Shown here: positions 1 through 9,628 of the stretch, piece after piece
Layout of the letters: every line of letters begins with the position of its first letter
Numbering within the stretch: the first letter of the stretch is position 1
Source: a virus
Lineage: Duplodnaviria; Heunggongvirae; Uroviricota; Caudoviricetes
Length of the DNA: 64,000 nt
Strand: one strand, 5' to 3'
Virus record (IMG/VR): IMGVR_UViG_3300020045_006153
Span: 289,234 to 353,233 of that record
The notes under the pieces: generated by a model
The model's input: the letters and a program-made list of their open reading frames with translations, nothing else
The model's database searches: none
What the model was told of the DNA's origin: nothing
Made by a program: the position numbers and the translations under genes

Positions 1-8
1 GGGGTAGA

Positions 9-449
9 TTAAATTAATTCTAACAACAGTTCTAATTTAGTTTTAATAATTTTATTCCCTAAACTAGAACGAACTCCACGATGTAACGGCTTGGGCCAAG
101 ATCCGATATCACACCATGCGTATCCACTATGTTCATCATTAAGTAATGGAGTAAACTCTTTATCGACTAGCATTACATACGTATTGTATTGAAATTTTTC
201 ATCGTTGCTAGTAAATAATTCAAGTGGTATAACTTTTTTAATAGGTGGAGTTCTGCCTACTTCTTCGGATATTTCTCTCATTAATGTATCATACGGAGTT
301 AAGTCGTGCGGCTCTTTTTTGCCTCCAACTAATCCCCAAGTTCCTGCAGTCTTTGCTTGAGTCCTAAGTAAGAATAAAAATCTTTTAGTATCTTTTGCTA
401 AAAACAATCCCCCAGAACATATAATTTCTGTTATAGAATTAAACGCCAT
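9..449 (-). CDS. NUDIX hydrolase
   Basis: Nudix box-like GGKKEPHDLTPYDTLMREISEEVG; LNDEHSGYAW. Confidence 0.85.
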   Translation of the reverse strand: MAFNSITEIICSGGLFLAKDTKRFLFLLRTQAKTAGTWGLVGGKKEPHDLTPYDTLMREISEEVGRTPPIKKVIPLELFTSNDEKFQYNTYVMLVDKEFTPLLNDEHSGYAWCDIGSWPKPLHRGVRSSLGNKIIKTKLELLLELI

Positions 450-1816
450 TTTTCTTTATCGTAAATACCTTCAAACGACTTGGCCCATTCTTGCCCGTTC
501 CATTTGTATTGTATGCCTGTATATGCATTAGTTATATAAGTGGTGTTACTAATTGTAATTGAATTGAATATAATAACCCAACTAGTTCCGTTGTATTCAA
601 TAATGTCGTTTGCAGAAGCACTGAAAGTAGAACCCCATGCATCTGTTCCTATTCCGATATCTTCTAAAATAAGATAACGAGTACCGGCGGTAATTGAAGT
701 AGGATTAACCGTTTGTGGATTTATAATTGCGTTAATTGTTCCGCTAGTTATGATCGGCCCTACTAGTGAAGTATTTGTTGAGACAGTATCTTGGTCAATG
801 TTTAAACTCATTAACGATTCGTTAGTTGGGTTTAAAGTTAAGTAAGCAACAATTTCGTGACCGTCTGTTTTTGCTAATCTTAACTGGCTTAACCCTGATG
901 TAAACTTGCCGGGATATAAATCGAGCAATTCTAACCAAGAAGGGCGATTAGGAACATTGTCAACGCTTGTCCAACCTTCGCTAACATTTTGTTCACCCGC
1001 AGGCACTAGAACAGCAACATTATTCAAAACAAGTAAATCGTAATCCATTGGGGTTACTACTATTTTAGCAACAGGCGTAGATCCACTAAAGAAATCAGAT
1101 CCATTAATAGCATCTTCATATCCACCGCTTGATCCTGTATTAATTGGTTCTGCAAAAACATTTGCTATTATTTTAGTAATAATACCTAGTTTTTTTACTT
1201 TAACTGGAGTTGAAATCCATGCCGGTGCAGTAAATTGTAGAGTAGCAATGCTCAAATCGTTTGTTGCGCCTTGGGGAATAGTTCTAGATTCAAATACGCA
1301 ATTATCTGTTAGTTCTAAGACACTTAAACTGCTCCAATCGATATAATTATCCGAGGTTTGAAATTCAATACTTGGATTAAACAATACTGTAATTTGTTCC
1401 CATAGTTGTAATTTTTGATCTAAACTAGTTGTCCAAATATCTACATTAAATGTAATAATATACGGAGTTGGCATTAACTTTTCAACTGTATAATTTGCAC
1501 CTTGAGTGTTTAAATATTCTTTACCTTGTGAATCGTATGCGCGTTCTCTGAAACTTTGTGACTGCACAAATGTAGGATCTTGAATTCGAGTGCGATCAAA
1601 CTTTAAATCCTTTATGTACACTGCAATAAACGGTGCACTTTGCATTATATTTTCGGAATTTTTATTAACAATGCTTGCAACTTGTTTGTTCATATCGCCA
1701 AATCGTACAGGCACTTGAACTAATTGCCCTTTTGCATCTTTGTAACTAAAGTTACTAAAGAAGCGCATTACTTGTGTTAAGTAACGTTTGATTTGTCCAT
1801 CATAAAAGAAGTCCAT
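431..1816 (-). CDS. Tail sheath stabiliser/terminator, T4 gp15-like, with C-terminal extension
   Basis: N-terminal FFYDGQIKRYL..VPVRFG and PTPY..DQKLQLWEQI..F.P pattern; next to neck genes. Confidence 0.7.
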   Translation of the reverse strand: MDFFYDGQIKRYLTQVMRFFSNFSYKDAKGQLVQVPVRFGDMNKQVASIVNKNSENIMQSAPFIAVYIKDLKFDRTRIQDPTFVQSQSFRERAYDSQGKEYLNTQGANYTVEKLMPTPYIITFNVDIWTTSLDQKLQLWEQITVLFNPSIEFQTSDNYIDWSSLSVLELTDNCVFESRTIPQGATNDLSIATLQFTAPAWISTPVKVKKLGIITKIIANVFAEPINTGSSGGYEDAINGSDFFSGSTPVAKIVVTPMDYDLLVLNNVAVLVPAGEQNVSEGWTSVDNVPNRPSWLELLDLYPGKFTSGLSQLRLAKTDGHEIVAYLTLNPTNESLMSLNIDQDTVSTNTSLVGPIITSGTINAIINPQTVNPTSITAGTRYLILEDIGIGTDAWGSTFSASANDIIEYNGTSWVIIFNSITISNTTYITNAYTGIQYKWNGQEWAKSFEGIYDKEKWRLIL

Positions 1817-1817
1817 T

Positions 1818-2981
1818 TTAATTATCTGCCTTTGGTTTTAGCGCCTTACTTAATGCTTGACGTTCTACTATTACTTCTCCTGCAATGGTAGCAGTATTTG
1901 TATTGTTGATAAAACTAGTTTTCAACGTCTTTCTATCAGCCGTATTTGTCATAGTCATCCGTACATTTTCTTCGTAATTAATCCAGTGCGTTCCGTCCCA
2001 TCTAAACAATCTATTTGGAAAATAGTCAGTACGTAAATGAAATTGTCCTCGAACATTTCCTACTGGAAATGCATCCCCGGATGTAAATACTGCTCCATTT
2101 GGAGGAACTCCGTCACCGGTCATATATCCTACATAGAAATTTCTGTTAGGTGAATTAAGTATCATACTTGCATCCATTGCCGCAGTTTCGATGTCAACAG
2201 TAAGATCAACACTACTAGCATCTGCTAAATCTACAATACCTGATTCCCTAGTTGGAATTACATAGAAACTGCGAGTATTATATCCACTTAACAGCGCATC
2301 TGATTCGGCTTGTGCAACAATTGCATTATTAATTTCAATACTTTTATTGTAAGTGCTCATTATATCACGTATTGTACTGTTACCGTCGCCGGACGGTGCG
2401 TCAAGGATTTCTTTAAATTCTTGGCTGTCTACTAGCGGAGTGCATTTTGCTCTAAGTAAATGAGGATACCATGTTGCACTATACCCGGTAGATGGGCGGG
2501 TTACTTCAGAAATAACATAAAATCTTTTTAATGCGACCATTGCATCGTCTAATGCATACTCGTCTTTCTGGTGTGGTAATTCAATCACATCGCCTGCCAT
2601 TAACTTTCTACCAATTGATTCAACGGTACCTCGCAAATGAAAGTGTATCATTAACTCGTCGTTTTGTAAAAACAATCCAAACTGTGCTAAGTTAAATACC
2701 GAATCAATCATTGTATAAACACCGCGCAAACAGTATACATCTGGATCGTAATGTCTGTCACGATTTTCCATAAAGATTAAATCTTGTATGCCTAATTCAG
2801 GAATAGGATTAGAATTAATTGGGTTTCCTGGCGAACTTGTTCCAGCAGTTGGATCAACTGGACCTAAATACTTGTGTATCATACAATCTGTTCCGCCAAC
2901 TTGGAATTGCTCATTGATTAACCGATCAATAAGTTTAAAATCGTTGCCCTTTTCCGGGCGGTAGAGTGAAAGTCTAGGCAT
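1818..2981 (-). CDS. Neck/head-closure protein, T4 gp14-like
   Basis: LAQFGLFLQNDEL..GDVIELP pattern; between gp15-like and gp13-like genes. Confidence 0.6.
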   Translation of the reverse strand: MPRLSLYRPEKGNDFKLIDRLINEQFQVGGTDCMIHKYLGPVDPTAGTSSPGNPINSNPIPELGIQDLIFMENRDRHYDPDVYCLRGVYTMIDSVFNLAQFGLFLQNDELMIHFHLRGTVESIGRKLMAGDVIELPHQKDEYALDDAMVALKRFYVISEVTRPSTGYSATWYPHLLRAKCTPLVDSQEFKEILDAPSGDGNSTIRDIMSTYNKSIEINNAIVAQAESDALLSGYNTRSFYVIPTRESGIVDLADASSVDLTVDIETAAMDASMILNSPNRNFYVGYMTGDGVPPNGAVFTSGDAFPVGNVRGQFHLRTDYFPNRLFRWDGTHWINYEENVRMTMTNTADRKTLKTSFINNTNTATIAGEVIVERQALSKALKPKADN

Positions 2982-2992
2982 AGTAAGTGTAT

Positions 2993-3631
2993 TTATGGCT
3001 GTTTTGTTTTACAGTTATCACCATGCCATCTAAAGAAATTAGTGCCAGCAACTGCTTTGCTGCAATGAATGCATGTATATTTTGTCCTATTTTGTGCCTT
3101 CTCTCGTATCTTGTTTAATGTTATGAGAGAATGCGATTTACCTTGATTCCATGTACCTACTGTATCAGCGACTGCTTTACGACGAATAGACATTAATTCT
3201 TTTTCTTCTGATGTTCTAGGTATACCTTTATTCCAAGCAACATTTCCAGTATTTGCTTTTGATATTTTTTGTTTTGTTTCTGCAGATGTAACTACCCCTT
3301 GTCTAGTGGATCCGAATTGCTTTCTTAAAAATTCATAAGTGTGCGAACACGGGTAATACCTGTCTTGAAAATCTGCACCTTTAACGGTCATTCTCCATAC
3401 TGCACGTTTCATTTTTATTAGACTAAGACCTTCGGTCATTTTAGTTAATAATCTATGACAAATAAAATGTTCTCGCGCAGTTAATTTTACTAAATTATCT
3501 TTGAAGTTGCTTCCTCCTATGCTTTTAGGAATAATATGATGTTTTTCAGAATATCCAATAATAGATGATCGACTTTGAGCGCGATTAATAATTTGAGTAT
3601 ACCAAGTGGTATACTTGTTAGGTAAATACAT
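2993..3631 (-). CDS. Free-standing HNH homing endonuclease with NUMOD3-type repeats
   Basis: EKHHIIPKSIGGSN..NLVKLTAREHFICHRLL; repeated SAETKQKIS/WNKG motifs. Confidence 0.9.
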   Translation of the reverse strand: MYLPNKYTTWYTQIINRAQSRSSIIGYSEKHHIIPKSIGGSNFKDNLVKLTAREHFICHRLLTKMTEGLSLIKMKRAVWRMTVKGADFQDRYYPCSHTYEFLRKQFGSTRQGVVTSAETKQKISKANTGNVAWNKGIPRTSEEKELMSIRRKAVADTVGTWNQGKSHSLITLNKIREKAQNRTKYTCIHCSKAVAGTNFFRWHGDNCKTKQP

Positions 3632-3697
3632 TGCTGATGCTCCGTTAAAGCGTTAGAGTAGTTAGGCCTGCACGCCGTGAACTACAACTATTTATAA
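3632..3697 (-). promoter_or_regulatory. Late promoter TATAAATA plus structured leader of the HNH gene
   Basis: Minus strand TATAAATA, then GTAGTT..AACTAC stem and GCTTTAACGGAGC hairpin over the GGAG RBS. Confidence 0.55.
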
Positions 3698-3707
3698 GAA
3701 ACTTTTT

Positions 3708-4469
3708 ATGGCCAATGATCTCGACAACGAACGTCAAAATGTAATAACATATATTCAAACCTTCTTAGGCGCAGGCCTTGTTGATGTGGAATTAGATCCT
3801 ATCCATTATAATACTGCTATTGATAAAGCACTTATGCGATATCGCCAGCGTAGTCAAAATTCAACTGAAGAAAGTTACGGGTTTGTTACGCTACAAGTTG
3901 ATCAAAACGAATACTTTTTACCTAAAGAAGTAATGGAAGTCAGACAAGCATTTAGGCGTAGCATTGGTTCTCGAAGTGGCGGTGGTGACGGCGGCAGTTT
4001 GTTTGAACCATTTAACCTTGCGTATTCTAATACATATTTGATGTCAAGTTCTAACATGGGCGGGCTTGGCACATACTTTGCATTTGCAAGTTATCAAAAC
4101 TTAGTAGGTAAGATGTTTGGAAGTTTTATTAATTTCTCGTTTAATCCCACTTCTCACAAACTAACAATTATGCAACGTCCTAGAACAGAAGAAAGCGTAT
4201 TATTGTGGATGTATAATTATCGTCCGGATTTTAATTTATTTCAAGACTCGTATGCAGGTCTATGGATTAAGGATTATGCACTTGCTAATGCTAAAGTTAT
4301 GCTAGGCGAAGCACGTGAAAAGTTTGCATCTATTGCCGGTCCACAGGGGCCTACTACTTTAAACGGTACTGCATTAAAAGCAGAAGGGCTGGCTGCTATT
4401 GAAAAACTAGATTTAGAATTGATCAATAATTACGACAACCAAAAGCCTATGACATTTGTAATTGGCTAA
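3708..4469 (+). CDS. Neck protein, T4 gp13-like
   Basis: LG..VDVELD..AIDKAL; WIKDYALA..K..LGEAREKF..PQG..LNG. Confidence 0.8.
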   Translation: MANDLDNERQNVITYIQTFLGAGLVDVELDPIHYNTAIDKALMRYRQRSQNSTEESYGFVTLQVDQNEYFLPKEVMEVRQAFRRSIGSRSGGGDGGSLFEPFNLAYSNTYLMSSSNMGGLGTYFAFASYQNLVGKMFGSFINFSFNPTSHKLTIMQRPRTEESVLLWMYNYRPDFNLFQDSYAGLWIKDYALANAKVMLGEAREKFASIAGPQGPTTLNGTALKAEGLAAIEKLDLELINNYDNQKPMTFVIG

Positions 4470-4527
4470 TAAAAATATTGACCTATTTGGCGCAATGCTA
4501 TAAATTATAATATCGCTAGGGGATAAT

Positions 4528-5235
4528 ATGATTGTAGGTTTCGTTGGATTAATTGGTGCCGGCAAAGACACCGCAGCAGACTATTTGGTTAACTTCCATG
4601 GGTTTAGACGTGACAGTTTTGCAGGAACTCTTAAAGATGCAGTAGCAAGTGTATTCGGATGGGATAGAACACTTTTAGAAGGCCGCACTAAAGAATCTAG
4701 AGAGTGGCGTGACCAAGTAGATACATGGTGGGCAGATAGATTAGATATTAAAAATCTAACGCCGCGATGGGTGTTACAAAATTGGGGTACTGAAGTATGT
4801 CGACATGGATTCCACGATGATATATGGATTGCCTCTTTAGAAAATAAAATGCGCAAAACCACCGATAATATTGTTATTAGTGATGTTCGATTTACAAATG
4901 AAATCAAAGCAATACATGATGCAGGTGGAATTGTAATTCGCGTAAAACGAGGTAATGAGCCTGAATGGTTTGATGCAGCAATTGCATACAACAAAGGACC
5001 AAACGGTAATACAGAATGGGCATTAGGTAAAGCCAAACTAGACCGATTTCATGTTCATGCGAGTGAATACTCGTGGGCTGGTGGCAATATCGATATCGTA
5101 ATCGATAATAACTCGTCGATCGACGAGTTATTTGAAAATATTAGGATTGCTACTCGAGATCCGCTTAGAGATCAGGCGATAAAGCGCCTTGGCGCCATGG
5201 CATTTGAAGAGTATGCAGAAGGCGCTGACAATTAG
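4528..5235 (+). CDS. Deoxynucleoside monophosphate kinase (T4 gp1-like)
   Basis: GLIGAGKDT P-loop, SFAGTLK, PRWVLQNWGTE, ISDVRF.NE, HASE. Confidence 0.9.
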   Translation: MIVGFVGLIGAGKDTAADYLVNFHGFRRDSFAGTLKDAVASVFGWDRTLLEGRTKESREWRDQVDTWWADRLDIKNLTPRWVLQNWGTEVCRHGFHDDIWIASLENKMRKTTDNIVISDVRFTNEIKAIHDAGGIVIRVKRGNEPEWFDAAIAYNKGPNGNTEWALGKAKLDRFHVHASEYSWAGGNIDIVIDNNSSIDELFENIRIATRDPLRDQAIKRLGAMAFEEYAEGADN

Positions 5236-5500
5236 CACATACTGATTTTAGATTGTTAAATCGGCAATTCTTTAAATTGCCATCAACATGAAACACATTA
5301 AATTGTTCCACATGCTTACTTGTAAATCCGCATTTATCACATTTAGGCTTTAATCTATATCCTGCTCTAAACCACGTCGGAATTCCGTCTTGTGATACCC
5401 TTGAACAATGATCACACTGCGATCTATAGTGTGCATTTCCGTTTTTATAGTAGTTAATTGCTACTGGCCTGCATCCGCATGTCTTACATAATTGTCTCAT
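5165..5500 (-). CDS. Small Zn-binding HNH-like protein
   Basis: CxxC pairs; VFHVDGNLKNCRFNNLKSVCANC; TAAATA upstream. Confidence 0.7.
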   Translation of the reverse strand: MRQLCKTCGCRPVAINYYKNGNAHYRSQCDHCSRVSQDGIPTWFRAGYRLKPKCDKCGFTSKHVEQFNVFHVDGNLKNCRFNNLKSVCANCQRLLHTLQMPWRQGALSPDL

Positions 5501-5604
5501 ATTGTATTTACGCCCTTTGTCGCGCCCTTTAAACTGTTGTTTAGTTCCTTAAAAACGGTATTGGTGCTAAATAAAAACAAGTAATCCATTAAGGAGATTT
5601 AACA

Positions 5605-8600
5605 ATGGCAACACTACAATCACCAGGCGTACAAGTTAGCGTAATCGACGAAAGCTTCTACACACCTGCTGCCCCAGGAACAGTTCCTCTAATATTTGTG
5701 GCTTCTGCTTCAAATAAGTCAAATGCTAGCGGCACAGGAACCGCACCAGGCACACTTGCAATTAATGCAGGAAAAGTTTGGACTATCACAAGTCAACGCG
5801 ATCTTACAGATACATTTGGTACTCCATTGTTCTATACAGACGCAAGTGGTAATCCAGTAAACGGCGGAGAACTAAATGAATACGGCTTACAAGCAGCATA
5901 CAGTTTGTTAGGCGTAAGTTCAAAAGCATACATTACTCGTGCAGATATTGATCTAGGTCAATTATTGCCTCAAGCAAGTGTACCAGAAGGTGATCCAGTT
6001 AGTGGCACCTATTGGATTGATACAAATGATTCGTTGTATGGTGTAAGTCAATGGGATGCAATTAACAAAGTATTCACCCAAGTTACTCCTTTATTAATCG
6101 ATAATACTAATAAATTAAGTGTTGCTGATTTATCATCTAACGAATGGACACCTAAGGATAGTTTCGGAACAGTTGGTTCTTACGCTATGGTTGTTACTAG
6201 CGAAAACACAAATCAATTATGGTTTAAAAATACAGATAATGCATGGGTTGTTGTTGGGTCTAATGAGGAATCAAATTTTAGTGCAACTGGATTTGTTAGT
6301 TCTGCATGGCAATCGAGCTGGCCTGTAGCAGTTAGCGCAGGATTAGGTACTATTACTACTGGTACTATTACGATTAATACTCTTTCTGTATCTATTGCAG
6401 CAGCGGCTTCTGTATCAGATATTGTTTTAGCAATTAATACCGCAGCAGGATCTACACACGGAGTTAATGCAAAAGTGTTAGGTGGCAAAGTTGCAATTTA
6501 TGCAGATGCTACTGCAACATCTAATGGTACGCTAGCAGACGGTAAACTTACACTAGCAGATGGAACAATCACTGTTGCATCCATTGGCCTTATTGCTCAA
6601 ACTTATGGCGCAGTTGCGTTATCTGTTCAATCTCACACACAATACCCGCAATACGGTACTGGTAAGAATCCAAGTGGAAGTGTATATGTTAAAACTACTG
6701 CACCTAATTATGGAGCCAGTTGGTTAGTTAAATATTTCAACGGTGCGACTCAAACATGGGGAACAGTTTCTGCTCCAATTTATTCGAGTAGTGCAGTTGC
6801 AACTAACACGTTAGATGCAGCAGGTGGAAAAAATATTGCTACAGGAACTTTGTTCATTGAAGCAAATTATGATCACGGTATTGGTTCTGATAGTGCACCT
6901 AAGTTAGCAGAGTTTAAAGTATACCGTCGTACTGCTGTAAGTCCAACTACTATTGTAGGAACATACAGTACATCAACATTTGCTTCTACTGCAACTTTCC
7001 AAATTAGTGAAACTGTTGCTGGAAGTGCAATTTATGCAAATACTTCGACTATTACTATTCCTGCAGGAAGTGCAATTGCTGATGTTGTAACTAAAGTTAG
7101 TGCAGCCGGATTAACAAATGTATCTGCTGTATATAATACAGACGCTGGAACATTTACTTTAAAACATGCACTCGGCGGCGACTTCAAGTTAACCGACGGT
7201 TCTAATACACCATTGCTTACACTTGGATTTAGTGCATACAATATGACTACTAAATTAGGTACTGCAAACTTATACAATACCGGTAGTTTTGATGCAGAAG
7301 AGTTTATTGCAAGTAATTGGAAACCTCTAGTATATGAAGCAAAAACAACTGCTCCATTCTCTACACCGATTGATGGTCAACTATGGTATAGTTCGGTTGT
7401 TGACCAAGTTGATATTATGTATCACAATGGCGATACATGGGTTGGTTATAAAACAGCGTTTCCATTAAGTGATCCTGCTGGTCCACAAGTATCTGCACTT
7501 GCTCCTGCTACACAGAGCGACGGCACTGATTTAGTAACTGGCGATATTTGGATTAGTACTGCCGATATTGAACTATACGGACAAGCGATTTATGTATGGG
7601 ACGGCGATCTATTAAAATGGATTCAACAAGATCCTACAGACCAAACTACTCCAGATGGATGGTTATTCCGTGATGCGCGTTGGGCAACTGCCGGTGACTT
7701 AACCGAGTCTTCTACAATTATTCAATTACTAAGCAGCGATTATTTAGATCCAGATGCTCCTGATCCAGCACTTTATCCACAAGGTATGCGTTTATGGAAT
7801 CTACGTCGTTCTGGATTCAACGTAAAGCAATATGTAAGTAATTACATTAATGTTTATGATAATGATGGTAAGAATGCACGGTTTGGCAATGATCCTATGG
7901 ATGATTACGCAGCAGATCGTTGGGTTTCTGTTAGTCCTAATAATGCTAACGGCAGCGGCACATTTGGACGTTATGCACAACGCGGATTCTTGGTAAAAGG
8001 ATTTAAGGCACTTATTGATACAAATGCAGCAATTAGAGATACTGATACATTAGTGTTTAATTTGATTGCATGCCCTGGTTACTCTGAAGCAATTCAAAAC
8101 ATGATTGCATTCAACACTGATCGTGGACTAACTGCATTTGTTATCGGCGATACTCCGTTCCGTTTAAAACCAACAGGTACTGATTTATCTGCATGGGGAT
8201 TTAACACAAACAGTGCAGTTGATAATAACGATGTCGGTGGTGTTAGTTATGACGAGTACATGGCTATGTTCTATCCAAGTGGATTTACAAACGATAATAC
8301 TGGAAACTATATTGTTGTTCCGCCAAGCCACATGATGCTACGTACTATCGCTAACAGTGATGCAAAGAGTTATCAATGGTTTGCTCCTGCAGGTACACGT
8401 CGTGGCGGTGTTGACAATGCTACTTCGGTAGGGTATATATTAGATGGTGAATTTAAACCAGTTGCATTACACGAATCTATTCGTGATGTAATGGCTTCTG
8501 TTAAAATTAACCCTATTACAACTTTCCCAGGTGTTGGTATTGTAAATTATGGCCAATATACTCGCGCAAGAAATGCAAGTTCTTTAGATAGAATTAACGT

Positions 8601-8907
8601 TGCTCGCTTAGTATGCTACTTACGTAGACAATTAAGTATTCTTGCTCGTCCGTTCTTGTTTGAACCGAATGACAAGATTACACGTAATGAAATCAAAGCG
8701 GCCGCAGAAAGTCTATTACTAGAATTAGTAGGACAACGTGCACTATACGACTTTATTGTGGTATGTGACAGTTCTAATAATACAAGTGCTAGAATTGATC
8801 GAAGCGAATTGTGGATGGATATTGCTATTGAACCAGTTAAGGCTGTAGAGTTTATCTACATTCCACTTCGCTTGAAGAATACTGGCGCGATTGCTGCCGG
8901 TCTATAA
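5605..8907 (+). CDS. Contractile tail sheath protein (gp18-like)
   Basis: SPGVQVSVIDES N-terminus; WFAPAGTRRG, INPI, RINVARL, FEPND, EFIYIP C-terminus. Confidence 0.95.
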   Translation: MATLQSPGVQVSVIDESFYTPAAPGTVPLIFVASASNKSNASGTGTAPGTLAINAGKVWTITSQRDLTDTFGTPLFYTDASGNPVNGGELNEYGLQAAYSLLGVSSKAYITRADIDLGQLLPQASVPEGDPVSGTYWIDTNDSLYGVSQWDAINKVFTQVTPLLIDNTNKLSVADLSSNEWTPKDSFGTVGSYAMVVTSENTNQLWFKNTDNAWVVVGSNEESNFSATGFVSSAWQSSWPVAVSAGLGTITTGTITINTLSVSIAAAASVSDIVLAINTAAGSTHGVNAKVLGGKVAIYADATATSNGTLADGKLTLADGTITVASIGLIAQTYGAVALSVQSHTQYPQYGTGKNPSGSVYVKTTAPNYGASWLVKYFNGATQTWGTVSAPIYSSSAVATNTLDAAGGKNIATGTLFIEANYDHGIGSDSAPKLAEFKVYRRTAVSPTTIVGTYSTSTFASTATFQISETVAGSAIYANTSTITIPAGSAIADVVTKVSAAGLTNVSAVYNTDAGTFTLKHALGGDFKLTDGSNTPLLTLGFSAYNMTTKLGTANLYNTGSFDAEEFIASNWKPLVYEAKTTAPFSTPIDGQLWYSSVVDQVDIMYHNGDTWVGYKTAFPLSDPAGPQVSALAPATQSDGTDLVTGDIWISTADIELYGQAIYVWDGDLLKWIQQDPTDQTTPDGWLFRDARWATAGDLTESSTIIQLLSSDYLDPDAPDPALYPQGMRLWNLRRSGFNVKQYVSNYINVYDNDGKNARFGNDPMDDYAADRWVSVSPNNANGSGTFGRYAQRGFLVKGFKALIDTNAAIRDTDTLVFNLIACPGYSEAIQNMIAFNTDRGLTAFVIGDTPFRLKPTGTDLSAWGFNTNSAVDNNDVGGVSYDEYMAMFYPSGFTNDNTGNYIVVPPSHMMLRTIANSDAKSYQWFAPAGTRRGGVDNATSVGYILDGEFKPVALHESIRDVMASVKINPITTFPGVGIVNYGQYTRARNASSLDRINVARLVCYLRRQLSILARPFLFEPNDKITRNEIKAAAESLLLELVGQRALYDFIVVCDSSNNTSARIDRSELWMDIAIEPVKAVEFIYIPLRLKNTGAIAAGL

Positions 8908-8942
8908 TTAATAAATATAGTAAAGAAAAAGGAACACTTAAC

Positions 8943-9569
8943 ATGGCAATTTCCAGTCTAAGTAAATTAGGTGTCCCCCTTCAAGGGGACCAAAGCGCAG
9001 GCAATCAAGGCCTACTAATGCCAAAGCTGCAATATCGCTTTCGTGTGCTATTTGAAAATTTTGGTGTGAGCAAACCGACTACAGAACTAACAAAACAAGT
9101 TATTTCTACTACTCGCCCTTCTCCAGAATTTGAACAAATTACTCTTGATGTTTATAACAGCAAGATTAAGATGCCCGGCAAGCCAAAATGGAACGATATT
9201 TCTGTTATTGTACGCGACGATGTTACTGGCGCAGTTAGTAAACTAGTCGGCGAACAAATTCAGAAACAATTTGACTTCTTTGAACAGTCTAGTGCTGCAT
9301 CTGGCATTGATTATAAGTTCACTGCTAAGATTGAATTGCTTGACGGTGGTAACGGCGCGTATGAGCCAGGTGTTCTTGAAACATTTGAACTATATGGTTG
9401 CTATATTACTAAAGCAGAATATAAGTCTGCTGAATATAAAACAAGCGATGCAATGGATATTACAATTGGTATCTCGTATGATAATGCTATCCAAGTTAAT
9501 CAATCTGGTGTCAACACTGGTATTGGTGCAAACGTTGGACGTACTATACGTACACTTGCTACAGGCTAA
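8943..9569 (+). CDS. Tail tube protein (gp19-like)
   Basis: Follows sheath; PKLQYRFRV..GKPKW..ISYDNA; 208 aa. Confidence 0.85.
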   Translation: MAISSLSKLGVPLQGDQSAGNQGLLMPKLQYRFRVLFENFGVSKPTTELTKQVISTTRPSPEFEQITLDVYNSKIKMPGKPKWNDISVIVRDDVTGAVSKLVGEQIQKQFDFFEQSSAASGIDYKFTAKIELLDGGNGAYEPGVLETFELYGCYITKAEYKSAEYKTSDAMDITIGISYDNAIQVNQSGVNTGIGANVGRTIRTLATG

Positions 9570-9583
9570 TAACCAGAGTGCAG

Positions 9584-9611
9584 AAAAAGGGCGTAATTTA
9601 CGCCCTTTTTT
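9584..9611. terminator. Intrinsic (possibly bidirectional) terminator
   Basis: AAAAAGGGCGTAATTTACGCCCTTTTT. Confidence 0.8.
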
Positions 9612-9628
9612 AATGACTAAATAATAGC

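Noticed and set aside
2993-3631. HNH gene as part of a group I intron
   Set aside because: Lies between two intact, divergent neck genes with no interrupted exon
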